Made by a program: the position numbers and the translations under genes. This document shows positions 17,070 through 30,500 of a stretch of 64,000 bases of DNA, piece after piece. The notes beneath the pieces were generated by a model. It did not search any database and was not told the DNA's origin. It worked only from the letters and a program-made list of their open reading frames with translations. The stretch's first letter is position 1; each line of letters begins with the position of its first letter. This DNA comes from the human T2T-CHM13v2.0 reference genome, Homo sapiens. The stretch is from assembly GCF_009914755.1 (NCBI RefSeq), contig NC_060926.1; one strand, 5' to 3'.

Positions 17070-17995
17070 GCCTTTGGAATGGGAAGGCTGGCCATAGATC
17101 TGCAGAAATGGATGATTTCAAACACCACGGTGCTTGTGAATAACAAGTCAGGGGGCGAGAGCCCAAGAGATGTTCCTGTTGAACACATCATACAGACTGT
17201 GCCTTTGAGAGGAGAAATGAAGCCTGCAATTGCAGGACCCGGGTTCATTTTCAGCATCTGGAGCTGTCAAGATTTAAAGTGATGTAAACTATGGTTATGT
17301 GGATTCTCTTACTTTTTTCTGCCTGCCTCAGTTTAATTATTTTGTACTATAAAAATATAATTAAAACATTTTCCTGTTAGTTTTGGCTTAGTGGGTTTCA
17401 TTAGGGGTGAATGTCTGACAGTGGATTGTGGATAATTGTTTATCCTAGAAAAATACAATAAAATCATCACCTCAAAGCATATATACTTGGGAAGCTGAAA
17501 ACTACAAAGTATTCTCAAGTCAATACATCACAGAAGGCATGATACCTATATAAAGAAACAACAATGAAAATCCCACAGGCAACACTTGTGCGATGCTGCT
17601 GAGGGACTACCAGAGAAAGTGGGACTCTAGGCTGTGCCTTCAGTGTGCACATATGAGAAATGAAGATGGAATGGATGTGTCACATTCTAATGCAATCTAA
17701 GAAAAGAGAAGAAAGCAACCATGTACATACAGAAAGCAAAATGAAGGAAATGATCCAATTTAAAGATAATTTGATGACTATAGGCCAGTTTTGCTTATCA
17801 ACATTACAAACAATATTGAAAATAAATGTCAAAGCAAATGAAACCAAATAGATATTTGACACTGGGAGATACAAAATGAGAGCAGGCACATGGAACAATT
17901 GGAACCCTCCTAGCCCACTGCTAGGACTATAAATCAGAAAGGGCCATTATAAACACTTCTTAGCCAATGTTCTTGCATTCATGAATGGGAAGGAT

Positions 17996-18625
17996 AAAGC
18001 TGGAGTTATCATACTACTTGACTTCAAAATGTACTAGGAAGCTGCAGTAACCAAATCTGCATGACCATGTCCTGAAAACAGACAAATAGATCAATGAAAG
18101 GGAATAGAGGACCCAGATATACATGCACAGATTTACAGCTAACTCATCTTTGACAAAGACACCAAGAAAATACATACAATGGGGAAACGTCATGCACAAG
18201 AAGGAGACTAGACTCCTATCTCTCCTCATACATGAAAATAAAATCAAATGGATTAAACACTTATGCTGAAGACCAGAAACCATGAAACTACTAGAATAAA
18301 AACATTGTGGAAACACTCCAAGACACTGGTCTAGGCAAAAGTTTTTGGTTTAAGACTTCAAAATCACAGGCGACCAAAGCAAAAACAAACAAATGAAATT
18401 CTGTCATCCTAAAAAGCTTTCAGCACAGCAAAAGAAACAACAAAGAAAGGAGACGACACACAGGAGAAACAATATTTTCAAACTCCCCACCCCTGAAGGG
18501 ATTCATAACCAGAATATATAATAAGCTCAAACAACTCAATACCAAAAAACCTCCAGAAAACCAAAAAGAATCTGATTTAAAAATGAACAGAAGATCTGAA
18601 TAAATATTTTTTGAGAGAAGACACA
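17996..18625 (+). mobile_element. L1 ORF2 3' internal fragment (old subfamily)
   Basis: aaagctggag..atactacttgacttcaaa.., aactcatctttgacaaag, aaatggattaaa.actta, ataaccagaatatat..ctcaaacaactc. Confidence 0.85.
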
Positions 18626-18739
18626 TGGAACTACTGGAACTCTCTTAGCCCCTGCTAGAACTAGAATTCAGAACGGCCACTATGAACACCTCTCAGGCAA
18701 TGTTCCTACATTCATGAATGAGAAAATACATCTAAACCA

Positions 18740-20650
18740 GAGAAGGCCTCAAGATAACCTCCAAGGTTCTGACAACCCTCACCGCCTCTGGCTCTTTTAC
18801 CGGCTCCCTGGCCAGCAGCCTAGGCCTGGACCCCTCCCTCAGGGCCACAGGAGGTGAGAACCTTGATAGTGCACCCAACCTGCTCCCCGCCATGGGCAGC
18901 ACATCCACAGGTAGCACCCCTAACCAGTCGCCCCACCCCCCGTGCCCTGGATAGCACCCCCAACCCACTCTATGCTGCAGGCATCAGGTGCCCCCAAGCG
19001 ACCCCCCACCACGGGCAGTGCAGCCTCTGATAGTGCACCTACCCCACCACCTTTCTACCACCCTGGCCATGCTGCAGTCTCCGTCACAGCCAGCAACTGC
19101 AGTGAGGCGAGCCACGATGCCACAGGCTACAGCCTCCAGGGTGCGGCAGACGGTTCCTCCTCTTCCTCCTCTAAGCCAGGCACAGAGTAGCTGGGCTACA
19201 GCTGCAGAAGAGCCTGGAATGGTGGGAAGCCCCCTTAGCATCCTTCACATTCTGAAAATATGCAAATGAGGTTCCTGGACTACATGTTCTGATTGGGTGA
19301 GACAAAAACCTCTAGGCCTATGCCCCATGGTGGGGGACAGGTTAGGGATGCTACTGGGGGCTATACTGCCTGTGGCAGAGTGGGGGTGGGGGTGGGGGTT
19401 GGTTGGGGGGTGCTATTGGGGGCCAGACTGCCCCTGGCGGGGGGCTGGTTGGGGATACTATCTGGGGTTGCAGTACCCACAGCAGCTCATCGGGGAGTGG
19501 ATTGGGTGCGATAACTTGGGCACAACTGCCCGAGGCAGATGTTGGGCTGGGGGCACTATTGGGGGCTATGAGGATTAAGGGCACTATCAGGGACTGCACT
19601 GCCAGTGGCGGGTGGCAGAGGCAGCAGTGACAGCAGTGGCCTCCAAGGCAGGGGCTGTTCTCCTCTCCCCAGACTCCAAACTCTAGAGGCTGACCTCGTT
19701 CTGCTGCTGCTGCTCGAAGCCAGTGGGGTGCATAGCATTTCCATGGGAATCCTGAGCATGGCAGGGCCCCCACACCTGCTGTGGGTCCAGGGCCTGTGCC
19801 CTCTTCCTCTGTGTTGCAGAGACAGCCTGGGATCTCTGGGCATGGAGTTGGGGGAATCACAAGGGGACAGGGCCCTGTGGGTGGAGGCATCAGGAATGGC
19901 AACCGCACTTCGGTTTGGGGGTGGCTGGGTCTGAGTTTCTGCTGCTCCTGCTCCCCAAGGAGTGCAGCCTCAGTGGGCCCAGTGGTTCCTGTGGCTTGGG
20001 GAGCTGGGCACTATGGTGTCTCCAATCCCCACCCCAGGCCCCAGTGCCTGGCCAGCTTGGGCCAAAAGGAGAGGCTGGACTTCGGAGGGTGGGTGTGAGT
20101 GCCTTCGCTGAAACTGGCCCCTGCCACCCAGTGGACAGCATGACAAGGTGATGCTGTAACGCTACCACTTCCTGCAACCTGGTCTAGGTTTTTCTGGCTT
20201 TGCCCACACTGCTGCTTCCTACCAGGAGAAGGAGGATCCACCTGCTGGATATTGGAGGCTGGAGGCTGGAGCCTGTGGTCCTGCAGCTTGCCTCGCTGTG
20301 AGTTGGTGGTGGTGACAGAGACTGTAGCATGCCAGAGTGGTAGGAGGTGGCCAGCTGCAGCCAGGGCAGGGGCAGGGCTGTGGCAGTAGCCATGTGGTAG
20401 GAGCCTTGTAGGGAGGGCCGGTGCATTGAGGGTGACAGCAGTGGTGGTTGTATTGGCATCAGTGCCAGTGGTGGCAGCAGCAGCAAGTTTGGGGGCTGGG
20501 AAGGGGGAGTAGGAGCTTCAGGGTTCGGCTGGCCTGGCATAGGTAGGAAGCTGTGGTTGCTGCACCATGGGCCTCATTGGAGGTGCAGCCAGGGCAAGGA
20601 GGAGTCCTCCCCCTTCTCCTGGAGAATCTGGAGGGTGCCCTCCTCCTGCT
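18740..20650. repeat. GC-rich, partly palindromic element, probably REP522
   Basis: Degenerate gatagc(a)cccc(c)aacc units on + (18860-19050) and on - (19330-19600); 19052-19138 is an inverted copy of ~20260-20347; ~1.9 kb. Family name is from recall. Confidence 0.6.
19255..19300. promoter_or_regulatory. Motif cluster: octamer, ACTACA and CCAAT box
   Basis: ATGCAAAT 19260-19267, ACTACA 19279-19284, ATTGG 19292-19296, between the inverted arms. Motif evidence only. Confidence 0.4.
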
Positions 20651-20938
20651 GGTGCCTGAACCAGGCATGAGTGGAGCATTATCTCACTCTTAGCAAAATT
20701 TAAGGGGTGACAATTTAGGGGGTGTATCTTTTTTATTGTTTTTTGTTGATGGTCTTGGACTTTTTCAAATTTCATGAATCAGGAAGGGGAAAAAAGGTAT
20801 GGCACCTGAGCCAGCCATGAGTGTAGCATTATCTCACTCTTAATGAAATTTAAGGGGTGTCTATCTTTTTGCTTGTTTTTTTGTTGATGGTCTTGGACTT
20901 TTTCAAATTTCATGAATCAGGAAGGGGAAAAAAGGTAT
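20651..20938 (+). repeat. Tandem duplication of a ~140-150 bp unit
   Basis: catgagtg.agcattatctcactctta...gttgatggtcttggactttttcaaatttcatgaatcaggaaggggaaaaaaggtat occurs twice. Confidence 0.95.
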
Positions 20939-20963
20939 CTTATAGGCCATTTGATTCCCACAC

Positions 20964-21509
20964 CTGTTTTTCCTACTTTCTTCCAGTCTGTTTTTTCTTT
21001 TTCTCATCACCATCATCTAGTTCCTCTTCATTCGCTTATGCTCCTGCTTCTATTTCTTGTTTCTATACTTTCTCCTCCTCCTCCTCGTCTTTTGTTTTCT
21101 TTTTCCCAAGCAATGACCTTAACAAGCAACAAACCAAAACTGAGTTAAAAATAAACTACTCACCAGTGTGTTGTATTTTTAAAATATTGGTCCATTACCA
21201 TGTTTTAGAGATGAGGAAAAAAATTAGTTGCATAATTATTTAGTTCCTTGAATAGCTATGCTTTCCTGTTAATGCATTGTAAGTTGTTATTCAAGGAATC
21301 AAAAAATGAAGCATCAAATAAAATATTGGTAGCAAACAGCCATTTCATCTCTCTCACATATTAGTCTGGAGATATGCAAGAGGCAGGGTGGGTAATAAGT
21401 TCCACTTTATGAGATCATTGAGTGAACCATATACCCTTCATTTTATTTCTCTGCCACCATTTTCAAGAGTATTGCCATCTGCATGAGCAAATCTGGTTCA
21501 TCACCACAT
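20964..21509 (-). pseudogene. Two candidate decayed exons (21509-21435 and 21117-20964) of an unidentified Glu/Lys-rich protein
   Basis: AG/GT boundaries with pyrimidine tracts; the exons join in one frame as CGDEPDLLMQMAILLKMVAEK*NEGSLLGKKKTKDEEEEEKV*KQEIEAGA*ANEEELDDGDEKKKKQTGRK*EKQ. Confidence 0.4.
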
Positions 21510-22234
21510 CTTTGCAACAAGAAAAGGAAGCGGAGGATTATGTATATAATTGTTTTAAGGCCAAGGTTAATAACCAAAAACAAGGCTTTAGTAACTGTTG
21601 TCTTTAAGAACCTGCAGTGTTGGGCCCTCTTTTATTCCTAGTGTTACGTATTATTACCTTCGGTATGAACTGTTTTTTTAAGGGATTTCTCTAGAAGTTT
21701 ATGCATTTTATTGACTACTTTAAAGAAACAAGTAATCTATATTGTATCATTTCTTTCAAGACTACAGAAATTTATAAGGCCGGTAATTTTGACACTTTTA
21801 AATTATTTTAAGGTTATGACATGTAAATACTGTTGATATATGTACAAATATGCATAAGTATCAATAGATAGCTTATTTTATAGAGATAGTGTCTAAATTT
21901 TTGTCCAGAGTAGATTGGTTGCAGTTTCTTAGGTGTGTTTCTCAATACATTGCCTCAATGTTTTAAAGCATATAGAAATTTGAATACTGCTAAACCTCAT
22001 TTAGTCCTTTGTTTATAGGTTGTTTGATATTACTAAAGACATCACAGCCCCTCTTGAGATTCAGAAATAATAAAACTTGAGATATATAGAGTTAGAATCC
22101 AACAAATTCAGAGGAAAATTGTTCAATTACGTAGCTGTAGAGCAGGAATGAAATCCAGGTTCTAAGCTCTAAGGGGGCCGTGAGCTACCATACAGGTGCC
22201 TCGGTGACTGGGCATAGAGTCAGCAGAATTACGG

Positions 22235-22340
22235 GATGGTTAAGAGTGAGCTGTGGAGCCTAACTCTATGTGAACATGAATTTTTAAACTGTATGGTGCC
22301 TCAGTTTATCCATCTTTACAATGGGGACAGTACTAAGTGT
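22235..22340 (+). mobile_element. MIR fragment
   Basis: ggttaagagtg...gtgcctcagtttatccatct.tacaatgggga. Confidence 0.6.
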
Positions 22341-22399
22341 TTCTTTTTCTTCCCAGTTGACTGAATTATTTCCGTAGTAGGTCTTGTTGCCAATCTTTT

Positions 22400-22645
22400 T
22401 GCCCACATGAGAGGACCTAAGGTAATTTCTGACAGCCTGGGATGCTTTGGGAAAAACAGAAGGTGCCACAGACCCCATTTTGGGAGAAACCTCTGTTTTT
22501 CTCATGGAACCCCAAGAGCTGTAAACAGACAGGTCCCTCTCAAAATCTAAGGCTCTGCTCTGTTTTGCCTTGCTTTACCTGACCTTTTTGATTTGGGTGG
22601 GCATCAGAAATTAGTAGGGGAGAGACAGCTAAAGAAAGTTGTGGA
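22400..22645 (-). mobile_element. ERV1 (MER4-group) internal fragment
   Basis: gaggtgccacagaccccattttgggagaaacctctgttttt..catggaacccca resembles the reverse MER4-int/HUERS leader. Confidence 0.5.
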
Positions 22646-22648
22646 TGT

Positions 22649-22802
22649 GGGCTGGGTGCAGTGGCTCATGCCTGTAGTCCCAGCACTTTGGGAGGCCAAG
22701 GCAGGTGGATCACCTGAGGTCAGGAGTTCGAGACGAGCCTGGCCAACATGGCAAAACCCCATCTCTACTAAAAATACAAAAATTAGCTGGGCAAGGTGGT
22801 GG
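22649..22802 (+). mobile_element. AluS left arm, truncated early in the right arm
   Basis: Alu sequence stops abruptly after aattagctgggcaaggtggtgg. Confidence 0.85.
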
Positions 22803-22849
22803 TTGGAAGAAGGAGAAAGAGAGAGGGAGGGGAGGTGGGGAGGGGAACA

Positions 22850-23260
22850 AACAGTTTTCCCAGATAGCTATACCCATTTACCCTGTTATCAACAATGTAT
22901 GAGAGCTCCAGGGATCTCCATTGTCTATATTTGATATTTTCAGGTTTTTTCCCCCTTCATTTTGGCTATTCTGAGTGTGATGCCATAGCTTCTAGTGGTT
23001 TTAATTTGCATTTTTCTGAAGACTAATGAGGTTGAGCACCTTTCCATGTATTTATTGGGCAGCTGAGATACTATCTGTTTTGTGAAGTGCCTGTTCAAGT
23101 CTTTCACCCAATTTATTTCTACTGGGTAGGTTCACCTTTTTCTCATTGGTTTGTTAGTATTATGTTGCAAATACCTTTCACATCCTATTGGCCTCCCCCG
23201 CACTCCTTTAATGTTGTTTCTTGATGCCAGCTTCTTATTTTATGCTTAGTGCCTACATCC
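22850..23260 (-). mobile_element. Old L1 (L1M) 3' fragment
   Basis: gtggttttaatttgcatttttctgaagactaatgaggttgagcacctttcc..tgtgaagtgcctgttcaagtcttt. Confidence 0.8.
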
Positions 23261-23383
23261 TATTTTAAACAATAAATGTTGAAGATAATTGTGCTTGAAT
23301 TTAACAACCCCCCCCCAAAATGAAGTAAAATGGTAGAAACTGCTGAATTTCAGAAAAATATTTCCTCATCACAAAATATACTA

Positions 23384-25033
<1,650 letters not shown>

Positions 25034-28000
25034 TCAGTGAGAGCACCATAGCCAGTGAGGAAGACTAGATCTATGCACCCGCGCTGTCCACACGTTCATT
25101 CCTTCAACAGACACCGGCATGCAAGGTGGCTCCTTGTAACATCCATCAGTCTTGCTCTGTGTGTGAAGCGCTCATGAGAAGCCTTTCCCAACCAGCTGGT
25201 AGGACAAGAGCCAGAGGGCCCCTGTGCCCTTCCCTCTTCCAGCCCCATACCCATGCGCTGGGAGAAGCCCTTGCTTTTTGCTGACTACCACGTCCACACC
25301 CTGGAAGGTGTGAGTGAGCCTGGGAGCCGGGCTCTCCGTTAGCACCTCCATCACCCTTTAAAGGGCAGCCTTTCCCAGTGCCCGCCTCCACTGTCACAAC
25401 GGAAGTGCTCTCAGGCCCTCCAACTCAGTAAGTAATTTTGCAGAGTGCCCTGTAATTGTCCTGAATGCAGAAGCCAGATGTACCTGACAAGTGCAGACAC
25501 ATTCAGTGCACCCATCTGCGGGGCGGGCTGCTCAGTGTTGTTGAGCAAACTTTTTCCTAGTTCAGCACTGCCAGGTAGAAGGGCTGGCTTTGCCTGCACC
25601 CTGAGATGACTGAGGCAGAGCAGACACAGGGAAGCTGGCAAAGCACCTCGGGGCAGCCACCACAGGCTGGGAAACTTGCTGAAGGAGGGGTTGTGCACTG
25701 CCAGGGACAAGAAGTAGGTTTTTGTCTCCCTGAAATAAGGAGGCAAGCCAGATACTATCCACACAAGTGCTTTGCAAACTGACTCAGCATGCCAGATAGC
25801 ACAGTGTGAATTTTGAAAAGTTTAGTCCTTCTGTGAGCTCTGCCACGCCCAGCATCAGAGGCTGCTCTGAGAATACGCTCTCAGACAATCTTCTTGAGAG
25901 AGGGTAATGGGTTTCTCTTTGGCGTCTGTCTATCCATCTAGCCATCATCTATGTCTAGATACGGCACCACTTTTGAAGGTAGACAAAGCCATCCTGGTGT
26001 GAGATTTGAATTTGAGAAAAAAATGTATTTTTTTTTCCGAAGCTGGAATGTCATGTCTGAGGTTTTCCACATTTGCCCCACACCTCACTAAATAACAACT
26101 TCTCCATGTTCAGAGGTTTGACACCCGATGGGCAGATGGGCCCTTGCTCCCTTTGCTTGGCTGGAGCCCTCTCATCAGCACCTCCTCCTGTCTCCTCCTG
26201 TGGGAGTTTACTTGGCATCACCTCCTCTGGGCACCTTTCCCTGCCTCCCAGGTAGAACTGGAAGCTCCTCCCCTCACTTTTGTCACCAGCCAGCCAGGAG
26301 TCAGTGGGTGCTCCCCACCCTTCAGACCTGGATAGGACCCATTCAGATCCCACCACCCAGCTTCTCAGACTGGAGTCAGTGTCCTGCCCGACGTTTCTCT
26401 GAATCTTGGGGGCAGGGGGCTTGTGTTCTCAAGGTCGCCTTTGTGCCAATTTTCAGCCTTGGTCAAGCTGTTCTTTGTCCCTATCCGTGACTTTTCCTTG
26501 ACCTCTGCCCTGGCATGTACCCAACAGAGCCCCTTCTCTTTGATCACTGCTTCCATGGTAACAGTGAACAGAATTCTGCTGGGAGCCACAGAATGTTTAC
26601 TGAAGCTGTATGGGTCGCCAGAGGTACTTTTAAAAGCAAAGCACTTAAAAATCCATATCACTCTTGAAAGTGGTCCTCCAGCCAGGCTTTCTCACAGCTG
26701 GGCCACCTGTGCACGTCCTGCCTTCTCTTCCCCTCTCTTTCAGTAACTCCAACCACCAATCCCTGTCTCTGACAACAGCTGTGCCCTCGTGAACCAAATT
26801 GTCGTGCTCCAGAAGTTTATCCAGATCTTTCCTAAATAAAGCCAAGGCCTTCCTGAGGAAGAACTCTGAGGTCAACTGTTGAGATGATACAGTTTTTTGT
26901 TTGTTTCTGTGTCTTACTCTAAACCAGGCTGGACTCCCGCTGAAGGCAGAGACCTCAACTTTGGATTTCTGTATCCCCGGTTCCTGGTAAGGGGATTTGT
27001 AGGCGCTCAAGAAGTCCAGCTGTCGCAAGAGTGAATGCCTGTGACCAGAGGGGACTGAAATGGGCATCAGGCAGTGCACCCGTGGTGGCTCCCGCAGCAG
27101 GGGGGTCGCACCCCACCGCCTGTTGCTAGGAGATGATGGGCTTCGGAAGGATGTGCAGTGTTGCATAGCAACACCTCCCCACTGTTCCATCACTCAGAAT
27201 GGACAGCACCAAGCAATTCTTACAGCAAGAGTTTTTTGACCTATTTCAGCTAAAAGCAGGAAAGATCTTTCTGTCTCAGCTCAGATTATATAATTTTTTA
27301 AAGGATCACAAGAGCAAAAAATACGGAGGATCCCCAATATTCACACCCAAGAACTACTTTGTTGTTAGCAGGTTAACCTGTGTATCAGAGGGACATTAGG
27401 AGGATTGCCAAGAGTTCACAGCCTGCCTTCTGCTCCCTGCAGGGACCCTTCGCTTAGCTGTAGCTGGCTACCCACTGGGCCTGGGGTGCTCCCCACACCC
27501 CTCCTGCATGCTGGCTTGGCCCTACCAGGGATCGCAAAGCCCAGCTGGTCACCAAAGACAGAGTTGCTCTCTCAATGTGGCTGATGTTTTTCTAACCAGC
27601 TTAGCCCAGAAAGAACATTTGGATTCATTGCCCATCTGTAATGCAGAGAACCTTTGTATATACTTAAGTTCCTTGAAATATTTGCACTGAAAAAGGCACA
27701 CATGAATTTAAGAGTCATAAATGGGACCAATTTCCCTGAACTGTGCCCAAGAATGTGCAGTGCATGCTCTGTGACTGTTTTTCCTTTCCTTCTGGTAACT
27801 ACTAGCTTCCACATGGGAGAAGGTTCGCAGGCGGTGGGGTGTCCAGGCTGCACGAGTGGCTGAAGAAGAGCTCCCTGCTAGTCTCTGTGGGTACAGAGAA
27901 GGCCCTATGTGGCCGTAGAGCCCTTGGAAGCTCAGCCTGCTGAGAGCGGTGCTCACCAGGTTCCACTGAAGCTGAACAGCACTGGAGCTAGGAATGCAGG

Positions 28001-28079
28001 AAGGAGGCGCTGCCCACACCCTGAGCTCTCAGTCTGGCTGGGAAGCCGGCAGTAGCTGTGTCCTATAAAGGCACCTCGA

Positions 28080-28487
28080 ACACTGGACAACACTGTAGCT
28101 CATGCTTGAATGAAGGTTCTCTAACAAGTGTGTTTCCTCCGGAAGGCACATCACAGCCTTCCTGCACTTACGAACAATTAGCTCTTCAGCACTCTGCCTG
28201 GGGACCACACTAAACAGCAAAATCACCACCCAAAAGCACAAAATGCAAAAAATGTGGCACTAAATAGACCAAGAAAAGACCCTGTGTGCAGAGAACAACA
28301 GGCAGAGCCTTGCCTTGTTTGACCGTGGCAGGGAACTGCATGTCAGGCAACTCACATTTTTCACAGCTTTGCACATGTCTGCAAATGAACACAGAAGCAC
28401 CATGAGTACTCAGTTTTGGGGTTACAAATGCGTTTTAGAGAGTAGGTGAATTTGCAAATGTGGAATCCATGACTAATGTGGATCACT
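28080..28487 (-). mobile_element. Tigger-type DNA transposon fossil (MER82-like)
   Basis: Minus strand: ggattccacatttgcaaattcacctact..atttgtaaccccaaaa.. and aaggctgtgatgtgcctt.cggag.aaa. Confidence 0.7.
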
Positions 28488-28711
28488 ATATTATGTATGT
28501 ATGTGTGTACATATATGGCATTGTCTATGAAAGTTGAACATGTACACACATACATTTCTGTGCATATGTGTGTATTTAAAAAGTAAAACTTAAATGCATT
28601 TACACCCACCGGCTCCAGGATAGATGAGGAGGCATGACCCTAAGGCTCTCCTCAGTGCTGCCTTTTCCAGCTGCCTGCAGTAATCTCTGGTTACTTGGCT
28701 TCAAGACTCCT

Positions 28712-28920
28712 TAGAGTAGAAATTTCCAAACCCCACATTGCCTCAATCAGACCATCCTTGCTTATATAGCAATTCCCAGGGCATCTTGTTACAAATGGGT
28801 CCTAACTCCATTCCTGACCTACTCAAACAGAATGCAAGGGAGGAAAGGCTGGAGCCTTGGAATGTGAATGTGTACTTAACACAGTTTACAAAGCTCACAA
28901 TTCAAGTTTGAGAATCACTG
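28712..28920. mobile_element. MER5A-like hAT fossil
   Basis: gggcatcttgttacaaatg..gacctactcaaacagaat..aagtttgagaatcactg. Confidence 0.6.
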
Positions 28921-29132
28921 TGAATAAGTTTCCAGCCAGCTGGAGAAATCAGTGGCTGACACTGTTTGACCCTGAGACAAGAGGCAAATCGCCAGTGTAG
29001 GCCACCCTGCCCATCTTGTGAGCAGACGAAATCAGTCAAAAGTGTTGTATGCTTCGTGAAAGACAGCGGGCAGTTTCGTTTAAAGCTGGGTAACCTAGAG
29101 AGAAAAAATAAAAATAAAAATAAAATAAAAGA

Positions 29133-29498
<366 letters not shown>

Positions 29499-29849
29499 GA
29501 ATTGTGTGTGCTTAATGAGAGGGAAAAAATAATTAAGCTGGAAACTCAGGAAAGGTTATGTAACATCCCTGTGTCTCATGTGTAAAGTGAAAGTAATAGT
29601 AGTTATCTCTTAAGGTTGTCAAAAATGTTAAAAATGTGTGTTGAGCAGCACTTCCCATGTGGGAATAGTTAACAACCACTTATTATTATCACCATCACCT
29701 GTTTTCCCCTGGCGATGAGCTGACCCCCAGGGCAGGCTGTTTCCTCGTGCTCACTTTCTCAGCCACCGGAATCTCACCTTTTTTCAGACCTTTCCTGTTT
29801 CAGTCTGGATGTTTCTTTTTCAAGTGATTACTTTGCAAAAAATTGTATT

Positions 29850-30500
29850 TAATAGAGAAGTAGGACTGTGCACCCACCTGGATGGCTGCTATAAAAATGA
29901 CAGCACCCAGTGTTGGCAAGGACGCAGAGCAAGTGGGGGCTTTGCTGCTGGAAATATAAATTCCACTTTGTCAAACTTGTTGACATTATCTATGAAAGTT
30001 AAACATTCACCCACACTGTGACCCAGCAATTCTCCTAAATTCATAGATACAGTCCCTGAAAGACATGTACAAGAATACGATTTGTAAAAATAAAAAACTA
30101 GAAGCAAACTAAATGTCCATCAACAGCAGAACTTGTATCCCCACAATGGTGGACAGTAAGCAGCTAGTGTGGACTAACTGCAGTCTTCTCGATGCGGAGG
30201 AATCCCATGAACACACGGTTAGGTGGGAGGAGACAGACACTAAAGAATGCATACTGGGTGGTTCAATTTATGTGAAGTTCAGAAAGAGGTAAAACTACTA
30301 ATGTATGAAGTTAGGACTCCAGAGGAGGGTTTCTCAGAAGGGGCGCTCGAGACTGGAAAGGGGCGTCTAAGGATTTCCAGGTTGTGCTCAGCAATGTGCT
30401 GCTTATACGCATGCCTGTACCTTGTGAAAATTCTTATTTGTACACGTATTCAAGCACTTTGCTAAATTTACATTACATTTCAGTAAAAGTTCACATTAAA
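29850..30500 (+). mobile_element. Old L1 (L1ME/MB-like) 3' end
   Basis: cccagtgttggcaagga..ttgctgctggaaatataaatt..tgacccagcaattc..aaatgtccatcaacag. Confidence 0.75.

Noticed and set aside
18732-20775. Dense overlapping Pro/Gly-rich ORFs up to 185 aa
   Set aside because: Expected from high GC and low stop frequency in the repeat; no recognisable domain.
26645-27193. 182-aa minus-strand ORF in unique sequence
   Set aside because: No recognisable homology or exon structure supporting it; compatible with chance.
27708-28019. ORF segment QLQWNLVSTALSRLSFQGLYGHIG loosely resembling receptor ectodomains
   Set aside because: Similarity is too short and no neighbouring exons are identifiable.
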